From Mustelus asterias (lineage: Eukaryota): a stretch of DNA of 64,000 bases. The stretch covers positions 109,430,001 through 109,494,000 of the forward strand of contig NC_135809.1 of the NCBI RefSeq assembly GCF_964213995.1. The letters are read 5' to 3'. Below are positions 35,298 to 47,640 of the stretch, piece after piece. Numbering within the stretch: position 1 is the first letter of the stretch; the number at the start of each line of letters is the position of its first letter. Made by a program: the position numbers and the translations under genes. The notes beneath the pieces are model-generated. The model saw nothing but the letters and a program-made list of their open reading frames with translations, was not told where the DNA came from and did no database searches.

Positions 35298-36393
35298 TTA
35301 ATCATTTAATTAATTCAATTACTTCAATTCAATTAATCATCCCACCTAAATTTGAATCTAAATTGTTGATTTAACACCACAGAAAACAAGGGACACAGCA
35401 CCGAACTCTGTGGAACCACACTTGAAACAGCCTTTTAGTCTCATAAACCACTCTCCAGTTTAGATATCATTGGCAAACTTCTTAATCATGTCCCTTTTGC
35501 ATTTACGACTACATCGTTGATACATAACACAGCCAGCAAGGGACCCAGTACTGACCCCTACAGAATCCCACTGGAAACATTTCCTTCTGAAGGTGCAATT
35601 CTACAGTTCAGCAACCATCGGTATCTTGCTCAAGTGACCATTCCTCATTTGCAAGCATAGAAATCAATAATCAGAGATGTTCAACTATGTAAGTGCTGTT
35701 TCTGCCACAGCAAAACTCTATCGTGTTATGAGTAGGAGGTATGAAAACCTTAGTAACTGCCCTATTATACAATTCATCACTAATCCTTTACTAATGACGG
35801 TGCATCACTGAGATCACCATCTGTTAGATAAGAAGATAATCCAGGGATCATCTAAAACCATGGATTGGTCCTGAACCTCTTGTCTTCTCATTTGCATGCA
35901 AGACCACAGCAGTAGTGAAAATTGAGCCTTCTGACTGGTTGCTTCTGGTAGACGCATGGGAAATTAGGGAGTATTATCAGACCTTAATGAGCTGCTTTGA
36001 GGTTCTTTGTCGTAATGCAGTGTTAGAGCTTTGGAAGAGGTTTTGCTCATGAATGGCTGTGGTGATTCTTTGACTGAAAGAGCTGAAGTACTATTACCTG
36101 CTTGACTTCAGACTAGACCCCACACACCAGCCCCTGCTTCTGAACAAGACTGGAGTTGTTTCTACAAGGGGTTGAAAGGAGAAAGGAGTCAATATCCATT
36201 GCCTGGAAGGAAGAACGTAGGGAAATAGGAATGGGAAGAGACTAAATAGTCTTCGAGGACTAAAATGAAAGCATGTGAAGACTGTGCCATTCTAAACAGT
36301 GTAATAATTATCCGGTTCATGACTCATTTTAACATTTTAGAATTACTATTTATTTCTGGGAAGTTTAACGTTGTGAAGGTAAGGTAATTAATT

Positions 36394-36672
36394 AAAGTTT
36401 AAAAAGTTTATTTATTAGTCACAAGTAAGGCTTACATTAACACTGCAATGAAGTTATTGTGAAATTCCCCGAGTCGCCACACTCCGGCGCCTGTTTGAGT
36501 CAATGCACCTAACCAGCACGTCTTTCAGATTGTGGGAGGAAACCGGAGCGCCCAAAGAAAACCCACACAGACACGGGGAGAATGTGCAGACTCCACACAG
36601 ACAGTGACCCAAACCGGGAATCAAACGTGGGTCCGTGGCACTGTGAGGCAACAGTGCTAACCGCTGTGCCAC
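36394..36672 (-). mobile_element. HE1/V-type SINE (type-2 tail)
   Basis: V-domain and tail on the minus strand. Confidence 0.9.
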
Positions 36673-37743
36673 TAATTGCTGGGCTTTAGAAATTTCCAGA
36701 ACACCTAAAAGAAAATGGCGGTTCAGACGATTATTCCTGTTTAAATAATGGAATCAGGATAGAAGAGATGGAGCCATATAACAGCAGGTGGGCTTAGTTA
36801 GCGGGAGAGCTTGGAGATGTGATATCTATACCGTTTGCAAAGAGGCGCAGTCCAGAGAGAGGTTTTGGTTTGGGAGTTGGGGCTAAATTAGTTGAAAAGG
36901 ATTCAGTGAACCCCGTGGAGATAGGTGGAGTTTAAGAAGGTGCAATTGATCTAAAATACAGGATGGTTTGTCACCTCAGGTGGAGGCTCAGGAATGAGAC
37001 TGTGCAATCTGATGCCACAGAACTGTCTGGCAAAATTCAATAACCAGCATGTGGGCAAGGGTTTACAAACTCTGCCCTTTTGATAACACACATGAATGTG
37101 TTGCAATCCATGTGGTGCAGATACACCTACAATATTGTTGGAGAGGGAATTCCAGGACTTCGACTCAGTGACAGTGAAGGAATGATGGCAATTTGGTCCC
37201 AAGTCAGCACTAGTCGGATCAGAAATGTGTGAGATAAAGAATGCACAGCATCAAACAGAGAGCAACTGTGTGAAGACGTCAGCCAAGTAAGCCACAGCCA
37301 AGGTAGGCTGACAAAGAGTGATATCCGGTTGGATTTCTCAGGTATTCCGGTTACTCCACATGCATGCTGATTATTTTAGTTAGAGGCCAGTTAAACACAG
37401 CTACAGTCTTTGACTGGTTGCAGCTGATTTTCCTTCTGGGAGCCTGCTCCACCATTCAAAGTCATTGCTGATCTTCTACCTCAGCCATGCTTCCCCACCT
37501 TATCCTTCCACCTCTTCATTCCCTTAGCATGAAAATCTCTATTCATTTCTAAGTTCAATATTCTCAATGATTAAGAATCCACAGCTCCCTGGGGATAGAG
37601 AATTCCAAAGATTCACAACCATCTGACTGAAAATATTTTCCTTATTTCAGTCATTTTTGTGGGACTATTCTAGACTTTATTTTAGACCAGGTTCTAGACT
37701 TCTCGGAAAGCAGAAAACAGCCTCTCAGCATATACCCTATCAG

Positions 37744-37958
37744 TAAAGTTGCCATAGTCCCAGACAACCATAGACTGCTCTCCCCTTTGAGGGGGAGAGC
37801 TGACTGGTGGTAACTTAACTTGAGACTCACCACACTTCAGGTGAGGGGCAAGGTTGACAAGAACAACCTTCATGGACAACCTCAACCGGTACAGGAATTG
37901 AACCCATGCTGTTGCCATCACTCTGCATCACTAATCAGTTGTCCAGCCAACTGAACTA
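37744..37958 (-). mobile_element. tRNA-derived SINE (third family) inserted in an old CR1
   Basis: Minus strand A-box TAGTTCAGTTGG, B-box GGTTCAATTCC, tail GGGACTATGGCAACTTTA; flanks (37440-38045) are CR1 3' sequence. Confidence 0.65.
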
Positions 37959-38067
37959 AAATGACCTCCATACCCTATTAAGCACTCGAACAATCATACA
38001 CAATCCAATGAGATCACCTCTCGTTCTTCTAAACTCCAGGAAATCAAAAAGAAAAATGAGGCATACA

Positions 38068-40037
38068 TGGGGTCCAATCGAAAAGAAAAAAGAGGCGTAC
38101 ATGAGGTCCAGGCAGCTAAAAACAGTTGGAGCACTGGAGGAATACAGAGAAAGTAGAAAAGAACTCAAATAGGGAGTTAGAAGGGCAAAAAGGGTCACGA
38201 AATGTTCTTGTCAGACAGGATTAAGGAGAATCCTCAGGCATTTTATACATACGTTAGGAACAAGAGGGTTGTTAGGGAAAGAATCGGACCTCTCAGGGAT
38301 AAAGGAAGGGAATTATGCTTAGAACCAAAGGAAGTAGGAGTGAATCTAAACGAATACTTTGCATCAGTATTCACAAAGGAGAGGGACATGTTGACTGGTA
38401 GTGTCTCAGAGATGTGTTGACCCGTCAGAAAAAATCTCAAGTACAAGGGAGGAAGTGTTAGGTTTTTTAGGAAACATTAAGACAGACAAATCTCCAGGGC
38501 CGGATGGCATCTATCCTAGACTCCTCAGGGAGGCAAGAGATGAAATTGCTCAAACAGAAATCTTTGTCTCTTCACTGGACACAGGTGAGGTCCCAGAGGA
38601 TTGGAGGATAGCAAATGTGGTCCCGTTATTTAAAAAGGGTAGCAAGGATAACCCGGGTAATTATAGGCCGGTGAGCTTGATGTCCGTGGTAGGGAAATTG
38701 TTGGAGAAGATTCTTAGAGATAGGATATATGCGCATTTGGAACTGAATAATCTCATTAGTGATAGACAGCATGGTTTTGTACGAGGGAGGTCATGCCTCA
38801 CAAATTTGGTTGAGTTTTCTAAGGAGGTGACAAAAACGATTGACGAGGGAAGGGCCACGGATGTCATCTATATGGATTTTAGTAAAGCGTTTGACAAGGT
38901 CCCTCATGGCAGGCTGGTGCAAAAGGTTAAATCTCAGGGGATAAAAGGTGAGCTAGCTATATGGGTGGAGAACTGGCTTAGCCATAGAAGACAGAGGGTA
39001 ACAGTGGAGGCGTCTTTTTCCGGTTGGAGGTCTGTGACTAGTGGTGTCCCGCAGGGCTCTGTACTGGGACCTCTGCTGTTTGTGATATATATAAATGATT
39101 TGGAGGAAAATGTAGCTGGTGTGATCAGTATGTTTGGATGACACAAAGGTTGCTGGAGTTGCGGATAGTGATGAACATTGTCAGAGAATAAAGCAGGATA
39201 TAGATAGGCTGGAACATTGGGCGGAGAAATGGCAGATGGAATTTAATCCAGATAAATGCGAAGTGATGCATTTTGGTAGATCTAATGTAAGGGGGAGCTA
39301 TACAATAAATGGCAGAACCATCAGGAGTATAGACACACAGAGGGACCTGGGTGTACAAGTCCACAGATCCTTAAAGGTGGCAGCACAGGTGGAGAGGGTG
39401 ATGAAGAAGGCATATGGCATGCTTGCCTTTATTGGACGGGGCATAGAATATAAAAGTTGGAATATGATGTTGCAGCTGTATAGAACGTTGGTTAGGCCAC
39501 ATTTGGAATACTGCGTCCAGTTCTGGTCACCACACTACCAGAAGGACGTGGAGGCTTTGGGGAGAGTACAGAAAAGGTTTACCAGGATGTTGCCTGGTAT
39601 GGAGGGCCTTAGCTATGAGGAGAGATTGGGTAAACTGGGGTTGTTCTCCCTGGAAAGACGGAGGATGAGGGGCGACCTGATAGAGGTGTATAAAATTATG
39701 AAGGGCATAGATAGGGTGAACAGTGGGAAGCTTTTTCCAGGTCGGAGGTGATGAACACAAGGGCTCACGGGTTCAAGGTGAGGGGGGCAAGGTTCAGCAC
39801 AGATGTCAGGGGGACGTATTTTACACAGAGGGTGGTGGGGGCCTGGAGTGCACTGCCAAGGTAATTGAGGCGGACACGCTGGGATCGTTTAAGACTTATC
39901 TAGATAGCCACATGAACAGTCTGGGAATAGAGGGATACAAACAAATGGTCTAGTTGGGCACATGAGCGGCGCAGGCTTGGAGGGCCGAAGGGCCTGTTTC
40001 TGTGCTGTATTGTTCTATGTTCTTTATTCTTTGTTCT
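38068..40037 (+). mobile_element. CR1 LINE, 5'-truncated ORF2 with frameshifts
   Basis: ORFs 38202-38420, 38401-39141 and 39134-39751 cover the RT motif set ([30 protein letters not shown]). Confidence 0.95.
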
Positions 40038-40087
40038 AAATATCGGCTTAGTCTGCTCAATCTCTCCGCATAACATAATGCCTCTTC

Positions 40088-40385
40088 TTTTTATTCAGAT
40101 GAAGGCATCACTGGCAAAGCCAACACTTATTGCCCATTCCTAATTGCCCCTGAGAAGTTGGTGGTGCACTATCTTCTTGAACTGTTGCAATCCATGTTGT
40201 GCAGATACACTTACAATATTGTTGGAGAGAGAGTTCCAGGACTTCGACCCAGTGACAGTGAAGGAATGATGGCAATATAGTCCCAAGTCAGGATGGTGTG
40301 TGACTTGAGGGGAACCTGAGGTGGTGGTGTTCTGATGTATCCTACTTCTCGGTTGTAGTAGTCGCCAAGTTTGGAAGGTGCAGTC
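40088..40385 (-). mobile_element. CR1/L2-group LINE 3' end (second family)
   Basis: TTATTGCCCATTCCTAATTGCCCC...CTTCTTGAACTG motif; a similar piece lies at 37100-37207. Confidence 0.65.
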
Positions 40386-40962
40386 GAAGACATGAGGACC
40401 AGGTTCCCCTCCTGTTTCTCAAAGACCAAAGTCAAAGGAGTTTCAGTCTCTCTGAATACACAAATAAGCTAAGAATTTGTCTAAAGTCTGTGAAAAATAG
40501 TTTCTGTTCACTGTATCGACCCCTTTCAACTGAGTATCTATTTTTAAAGCTCGCGAAATTCCACATTGTGTGAAAAATAAAGCTTTTGCAAACCTGTTTG
40601 TGGAAAATAATTGAAAATCCGAAGTGAGACACCTGAATGAGACAATAGCGGAGTATTACTGTTCTTCCTTCAATCTACACTAACCGATGCAGTTCAGCAG
40701 TGACTGTGGCCGTAAATCTACAAAATTAGAAGCTGCTGATAAGTTCCATGTCATAACGTTAGTCATTAGGAATTGCTTTGATACACACATAGATCATTAT
40801 CCACATCTAGGCAATCTGCAGATGTTTTTAGTTACCCAAGAGAACATATATTTGTCTCTTTCCAATAATAGTAAGTCCACATTATGTACAGCAGCTGCTA
40901 ACTAAGTGCCACTTTTGAAGAGACTAAAGCATGGAATCATGGAACTCCTCCTTAACATGGTT

Positions 40963-40970
40963 TATATAAA
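40963..40970 (+). promoter_or_regulatory. TATA box of IFITM gene
   Basis: TATATAAA ends about 60 nt upstream of the ATG at 41030. Confidence 0.7.
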
Positions 40971-41029
40971 TGGATCAGTTCAAATCAGAGTTTCTTCTTC
41001 ACTCTGCGGCTCCGGATTAACAGCTTCAG

Positions 41030-41254
41030 ATGGAGACTGGGGACTTGGCATTGCAGCCCAAAGTCGAGGAGGCAATGGGGCCCAACCAGCCTGAACCATC
41101 CAATAGCACCGTCGTGAACATGAAAGTTCCTGGTCAACCCCATCCTCGTCCACAGTCCCGACCTCCACACGACCACATCATCTGGTCCCTGTTCAATGCC
41201 TTCTACTTGAATGCCTGCTGTCTTGGATTCCTCGCACTTACCTTCTCAATCAGA
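41030..41254 (+). CDS. IFITM: Interferon-induced transmembrane protein (CD225/dispanin family), exon 1
   Basis: METGDL...PPHDHIIWSLFNAFYLNACCLGFLALTFSIR matches the IFITM motif DHxxWSLFNxxxxNxCCLGFxAxxxSxK/R. Phase-0 donor AGA|GTAAGT is at the conserved IFITM intron position. Confidence 0.95.
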
Positions 41255-41577
41255 GTAAGTTGTCCTTCTGTTGTACTTCTGCCTGCAATAAATGGTCAAT
41301 GGTCAAAATCCTACACTGCAGGAAGTGATACCTGTCAATGTCTTATCAGGATTTTCACAGTAACTTCATTGCAGTGTTAATGTACGCCTATATGTGACAC
41401 GAATAAGTGAAACAAAGGATCCTTTTTTTCACCCCTTTGCATCCTGTGATTGAAAGTGGTCATTTAAAACTGGATCCTGGGTCAACACAATCTGAGGCTA
41501 AAGCTATGGAATTGTCTAATGATATACGAATCTTTACGAGAAACTGCAACACCATGAACACATGGTGCTCTTGTTCT

Positions 41578-42230
41578 CAGGACTGAGGAAGCACTGCATT
41601 TTCACAGGGACAGGACTATGTCAGTGCTGCACTGTTGGATGGACAATGCTGAGGGAACACTGCACTTTCGGAGGGCAAGTACTGAAGGAGGTTTGCATTT
41701 CATTGATGGAGGGACAGTAGTGAGGGAATGATTCAGTGTCAGAGGGGAAGTGCTTCATTGTTGCAGGGCGAGAATGGAGGAAGTGCTGCATTATTAGAGG
41801 TGTACTACTGAGGAAATGCTGCATTGTTGGTTGGGCAGTACTGAGAGAGCGCTGTTTGTTGCAAGAAAAGCACTGAGGGAGTAATGCATTGTCAGAGGGG
41901 CAGTGCTGAGGAAGTGCTGCACTTTCAGAGGGACTGTACAGATAGACCGAGGTACTGTTATAGAAATTGTCCTGAGGGAGTACTGTATTTTTGGAGGGCC
42001 AGCAAGAGCAGCACTGTTGTAGGGGCAGTACTGATAAAGTGCTATGTAGTTAGAGGAACGGTACTTAGCAAGTGCGGCACTGTCAAAGGACTGGATACTA
42101 CACTGTTGGATGGTCAGTAGTGAAGGAGTGGTGCACTGTTGGACAGCATGTAATGAGGGAGCATTGCACTGTCGGTGGGATCAATACTGAGGGACATTGT
42201 ACTGTTGGGGGACAGTAGTGAGGGAATATC
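41578..42230 (+). repeat. Degenerate ~32-33-bp minisatellite in IFITM intron
   Basis: About 20 diverged units of CAGTACTGAGGGAGTGCTGCACTGT(T/C)GGAGGG. Confidence 0.8.
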
Positions 42231-42530
42231 AAAGGATCTGCCTATCAGACAAGAGTTTAATTTGAGTCCTGTCTGCACCCTTAGGTGCTGTAAAAGATCC
42301 ATGGCACCATTTTGAAGAAGAGCAAGGGAGTTTTTACCTTTGTCCCTCAATTAACACCTGTCAAACAGATTAGCTGCTTGTTTTCAGGCTATTGTTTGAG
42401 GTTGCTTGCTGTTTGCAATTTGAGTGCTGTATTTCCTGCTTTGTAACAGTGACTATATTTCAAAACTCCCTCATTGGTTCTTAAGCACTTTGGGAGGTCC
42501 TGAGACGGTGCAAAGTGCTGTTGGAAGGAA
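42230..42530 (+). mobile_element. Deu-domain SINE (SacSINE1-like) remnant
   Basis: GTAAAAGATCCATGGCACCATTTTGAAGAAGAGCAAGGGAGTT and tail AACAGTGACTAT.TTCAAAA..TCATTGG..AAGCACTTTGGGA; other pieces at 560-690 (+) and 43860-44035 (-). Confidence 0.65.
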
Positions 42531-43249
42531 TTTCATTTGTTCATTCTTAGAAGATCCCTGAGGCTCCCCCATTGCTGCATTTAATTTTTCTTTAATGATT
42601 CCAGGAGTTTTGTTCAAGTGTTCCTGGCACTGATCACTTTGTGAAGAAAATTTCCCTGAGAAAATCTCTTCTGAATTTGCCTCATATTAGCAGGAATCCC
42701 TGTCTCTTTTGCACATTTTACTTTCAAGTCATTTTGTGCATTTCCTCTTTTCTCGTTAATCATTTATCCCTCTACCAGATAACCTTTCATTCCTTCACTG
42801 CTCTCGTTGCAATGTTTTCTCATATCTCAGCTGCTTGCATTGTCAGCAATACTTGGATACTCTCCTTGGTCCACACCCTGCGATCTTGATAATCGACAAA
42901 TTTATTTGTAAAACTTGCATCGCTACTCATCCACACTGCCACACTATCCCATTCTAACTCTTTTGCATAGGTCCCATGAAAAAAACTATTCCCCCAAGTC
43001 ATTGACAACCTCAATTTCAAGCTGCCACCTGCCTGGTTTTCTCATTTACAAACTTCCCTTCTGTTTCTTCACCCACAGGTGCATTCAGCTCCAATGTTGT
43101 AGCACCACTCACAATCCATCCATTGTGTCCCTGTAACAAACAGTTCCAATCTCCTGCAACTAAATAAACAGCAAAGCAATACTGTCATCATTAATCTTAA
43201 ACATTTTGCGATGTCCCGAGGCTATTATGTGGTCCAAATAAATTCCCTG

Positions 43250-43460
43250 CCTCTCACCCTTCCTCTCTCTCTTTTTTTCTCTCCCTTTCTCTCTCATCTT
43301 CTTTCTTTCTTCCTTTCTTCATTTCTCTCTTTCTTCATTTTTCTCTCTCTTTCTTTATCTCCCTCTTTTTTCTCTCACTCTTTTTCTTTCTTCATTTCCC
43401 TCTTTCTTTCTCGCACTCTTTTTCACGCTCTCTCTCCCGCTCTCTCCCTCTCTACCTCCT
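43250..43460. repeat. CT/T-rich simple repeat
   Basis: Pyrimidine-rich low-complexity tract. Confidence 0.9.
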
Positions 43461-44037
43461 TGGATGTTTCCTGCAGTCAAGCTGCTTTCTGAATGCAAGC
43501 GCTTGGAAATCATACACACAGTGGAATTTTCCATTGTGCATTCCAAGTGAGTACAAGGAAGGGACACAGCAAGACTGTTTCTGTCTCTATCACTTGGTAA
43601 TATCATCACTGGGCCAAAATCCAGGAACACCCTTCCTACTATAGATGTACCTACACCACATGAACTGCAGCGGTTCAAGAAGGCAGCTTACCACCAGCTT
43701 CTCAAGGGCAATTAGGAGGGGGCAATACATGCTGGTCTTTCGGTGACATATCCATTTCAAGAATAAATTTTAATAGGAAAAAAAAGATACAGCTGGGAAA
43801 TAATGAAGTATTTAATCTTTACCCAGGGTGAGTGTGTCGCTGTCAAGGCTGCACTGATTACATTCTGCAGTGTTTTTCACAACCTCAGGAAGTCACAGAA
43901 TATTTTACAGCCAGTCAAACAATTTTATAAATTGTAGTCACTGTTGTAATGTGAGGAGCATGACAACCAATTTGTACACCACAAGTTTCCAAAAATGGAA
44001 TGTGATAATGAGCATATCATCTGTTTTAAGTGATGTT

Positions 44038-44365
44038 ATAGATCATAGAATCCCTGCAATGCAGAAGGAGGCCATTCGGCCCATTGAGTCTGCACCGACC
44101 ACAATCCCACCCAGATCCCATTCCTGTAACCCCACATATTTACCCTGCTAATCCCCTGACACTAGGGTCAATTTAGCATGGCCAATCAACCTAACCCGCA
44201 CATCTTTGGACTGGGGGAGGAAACCGGAGCACCCGGAGGAAACCCACGCAGACACTGGGGAGAATGTGTAAACTCCACACAGACAGTGACCCGAGGCTGG
44301 AATTGAACCTGGGTCCCTGGCGCTGTGAGGCAGCAGTGCTAACCACTGTTTCCACCGTGCCGCCC
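44038..44365 (-). mobile_element. HE1 SINE (CR1-type tail) in IFITM intron
   Basis: Full length on the minus strand. Confidence 0.9.
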
Positions 44366-44843
44366 ACAATTTAGTAGAGGCATAAATTTTTGACTGACTG
44401 TCTAAAAACTCCAGAGAGTTGGACTTTTCTCTGAACACTGATGTGAAATAGGAGAATCAAAGTAACCCTACAGAAAGAAAAGGAGACCAGGCCCAGAAAT
44501 TTCACACTCAGTTTATTCATCCCTTTTTTCGAAGTCCTTGAAAAACTCTCTGACCATTCAGTGTTTGCCATCAGGGGTTTAAGCCTCTGTTGTACCCATC
44601 AATGTGACAACATCTCCAATGGCAGCAATGACTTTTATATTGCGGCTTTGCAGGAAGCAAAATGTTACACGTTGCTTCACACAGGAGTAATTATAATCGG
44701 CATAAGGAGGCTCCTTTCCACTTGTTCCTCTATGTTCCTTGGAATTTTCAAATGACAGATGATATTTTAACAATTTCTAAGTATTACGTTTGTTTTGCAA
44801 ATCATCTCTCACAGCACATAACCTCTCCATTTGTCCTTTCCAG

Positions 44844-45002
44844 GCTCGGGATTACAAAGTTGCTAACAACATGCGGAAAGCAAGAAAATTGGCTTCTACT
44901 GCCAGGGGGTTGAATATCGCTGCCACCTTGTTCTCCCTGATCCTGCTAGCGGCTGGTGTAGCCTATTACCTGTATGTGACTGTGGCCCATTTCACCCCCT
45001 GA
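44844..45002 (+). CDS. IFITM: IFITM exon 2
   Basis: ttgtcctttccAG acceptor. ARDYKVANNMRKARKLASTARGLNIAATLFSLILLAAGVAYYLYVTVAHFTP* matches (S/A)RDxK...A...ASTAxxLN plus a C-terminal TM helix; spliced protein is 127 aa. Confidence 0.95.
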   Translation, partial: ARDYKVANNMRKARKLASTARGLNIAATLFSLILLAAGVAYYLYVTVAHFTP

Positions 45003-45329
45003 CCAGAGACACTTGGAAAACCCAGAAGGAAGAACGTTTCGAAATAGAAGTCACAGATTCTGCTGCCGAACAAACTTTCTGTGACTGAGTCAGCACTCAA
45101 AGCAAACTGCACCCACTGTGCAAATTCACAGTGAAAATATTTTTTATACCATGGTTTTATGTTCTGCCTGTAACTCTTTTATTCTGGACATTTTGGACTT
45201 TGTGAATACTCAATTGCACTTGCAAACTATTGTCAATATATTCACCTGGAATTGAGAATGAATCAAAATTTTAGCCCTTAGGAAATGATGATAAATCCTG
45301 AAACTGTAAAATTGCTTGCGGATTGGTTC

Positions 45330-45540
45330 TAGAAACTGGAGACTGGAGAACAAAGACTAGGGTTGAAGATTGGCAACTGGGCTAAGGGTACTAGACAGTG
45401 GAGAATAGGGACTTGGGACTGGGGACTAGAGAAAGGAATGGCAGACTGGAGGCTGGGCACAGGGTACTGGAGATTGGAGAATAGGGCCTGAAGACTGGGG
45501 ATCGGGGACTGAGAGTGGAGATTGGGGAATGGAGACAAGG
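45330..45540. repeat. Degenerate 7-mer (GG(A/G)GACT) repeat
   Basis: Recurrent GGAGACT/GGGGACT/GGAGATT units. Confidence 0.6.
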
Positions 45541-46786
45541 CCAGGGAGAGGAATCATGGCCCCGGTGCTTCTCCTGTTTCCAGCTCCCTTATTCCTGGAA
45601 CCCTCCCGAAATCCAAGCCCTCAAACATGCATGTTACTTTCTCCCCATTTCAAGGTTCATGACCAATTCACCAAAGAATCACAGAAAGGTCCTAGTAAAA
45701 TGTTACACCCATTGCTGACATCGAGTTACAAATAATATCTGATATGTGCAGCATAGGTTATTAATATTAAGAGCAGCAATAATAAGCAATTAATATTAAG
45801 GGTGGTGTTAGTTTTTGTGCGCCCTACATGGATCCCACTGTAATAATTAAACATACCGGGGGGGTACAAGTTTTATCTTAACGGCATTGTGCAATATTGT
45901 TACTTTGACAGTAGAATATCCCATTAGCTATTTATAATACTGCAAAAGTCAACACTGATGGCTATGACTGGTTAACATGTTCTGTACGTTGCATCGTACA
46001 CGGTGACAGTAAATTCATCAGCAAAACGTGACAGATACTGGAACTTTGAAATAAAGACAAAAAATGCTGGAAAAATCTACGGACAGCAACAGAGTTAAAG
46101 TTTCAGGTCGATGACCTTTTATCAGAAAAGGGGGGGGGAAAGATTCAATAAGATTCATAAGATTTTGCTTCATGTATATTTGACTTGCTGCTTTGTAGAG
46201 AAAGGAAAGGTTGGCTCCATCTTGCAGCTGGCACTGTTACATCGTTGGAGAACTGTAGAAGGGAACAGGGAGAGAGGTAGGAGAGGGAGGAGTGGAGGGT
46301 ATGGTCCCACTCACTCGATGCTGCCTGAACTCCTTCCTCCCTCCCTGGGAAGGAGCAGTCACTGAGGTGGCTTGCTGCTTCCTTTGCTCTCACTAGCCTT
46401 TGTGTGGCTGATGGCATGGGTTGCATTGATTGAAGAGAGAGAGAGAGAGAGAGGGGAACCGGCCATCCAGCTAGGGTTGCCCACTCTGACTGGAAATATT
46501 CTGGGCGATGTTGGTGGAGGCGATGTCACAGAAAGCCAGGGTGTAGCGCGAGGGGTTCGAAGGGAGTGTTAGAGAGGAAAACACGCCAAGGCCTCTATTA
46601 AACCCACTGCAAAGGTCCATGTCATGCCAGCTAAAAGTTCCTGCATAAATTCTCACCAGTACGCACGATAGGTTCGTTTTTAAAAAATAAATCAGCTCGG
46701 ACTGAATCTATCTTTATAAATTTTAACCTATTTATTTGGCATTAGATAGATGTGAACACAGGTAAAGTAACAGCTCCTACAAACCT

Positions 46787-47062
46787 TGCAAAGATGTTAC
46801 AAATCCCTGAAGAAAGTTTCCTGTTGTGAATGTCCTCGTTTGCGCTACAGAGTGGGAAATAAATGCCTCATATACCCAGGAAACGTAAGAATTTAACACA
46901 GCTTTGTGTAAATTAGCAATAATGCAAAGATGTTACAAATCCCTGAAGAAAGTTTCCTGTTGTGAATGTCCTCGTTTGCGCTACAGAGTGGGAAATAAAT
47001 GCCTCATATACCCAGGAAACGTAAGAATTTAACACAGCTTTGTGTAAATTAGCAATAATGCA
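46787..47062. repeat. Perfect 136-bp tandem duplication
   Basis: 46787-46922 is identical to 46923-47058, with TGCA microhomology at the junctions. Confidence 0.95.
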
Positions 47063-47640
47063 CAATTTCAATTACTCGCTCTGAGCTTCATCTTGTCCTA
47101 ATGTGGAAACCAGAAAAACAAGTTCCAGTTCCTGACTGGATTAAAATCCCATGAAGATCAATGTTTCCCTCCATTCAAAATAAAGTCCCATTAGGATCAG
47201 CTTCTGTCCAAATGATAAATGCCAGAATTTTACACCCTCCACCCCACGGGTGGGTCTGAGGCATGGAGGGGATTCCCTCTGGGTTTCCACTTGCCCCAAC
47301 CTGGGAGTGATTTTACGCTGTGGCAGGCAGGGCCTGGGAGAAGAACCTCACCCTTGCCCAAATGAAACCCTCTAGTGGCCACTTAATTGCTACTTAAGAG
47401 CCTTTTCCTGCCCAGTCTCAGTTTTTAGGCTGGTGGGTGGCTGATAGCTCAGTGGGGGAAGGCTGGAAAGCAAGGGAGTTAGATCCCTAGTGGGAATGGG
47501 TGGCGCACCTGCATCAGAAGTCCTTATCTGACTGGGGGTGCCCTCTCCTTATGACCCAGTGATCTGCCAGCCTCACTATCCCCCAAGACACCGGTTACCC
47601 ACCTTGCACACGTCCAGACCTTCCCTACCTTGGGACCTTC

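Noticed and set aside
46050-46055. AATAAA as the IFITM poly(A) signal
   Set aside because: It lies within a common repeat remnant, and several alternative signals exist; it cannot be chosen without transcript data.
46807-46888. CTGAAGA...GAAACGTA as a hammerhead in the 136-bp duplication
   Set aside because: No stem II directly adjoins the core, and GAAAC is instead complementary to the nearby GTTTCCTG.
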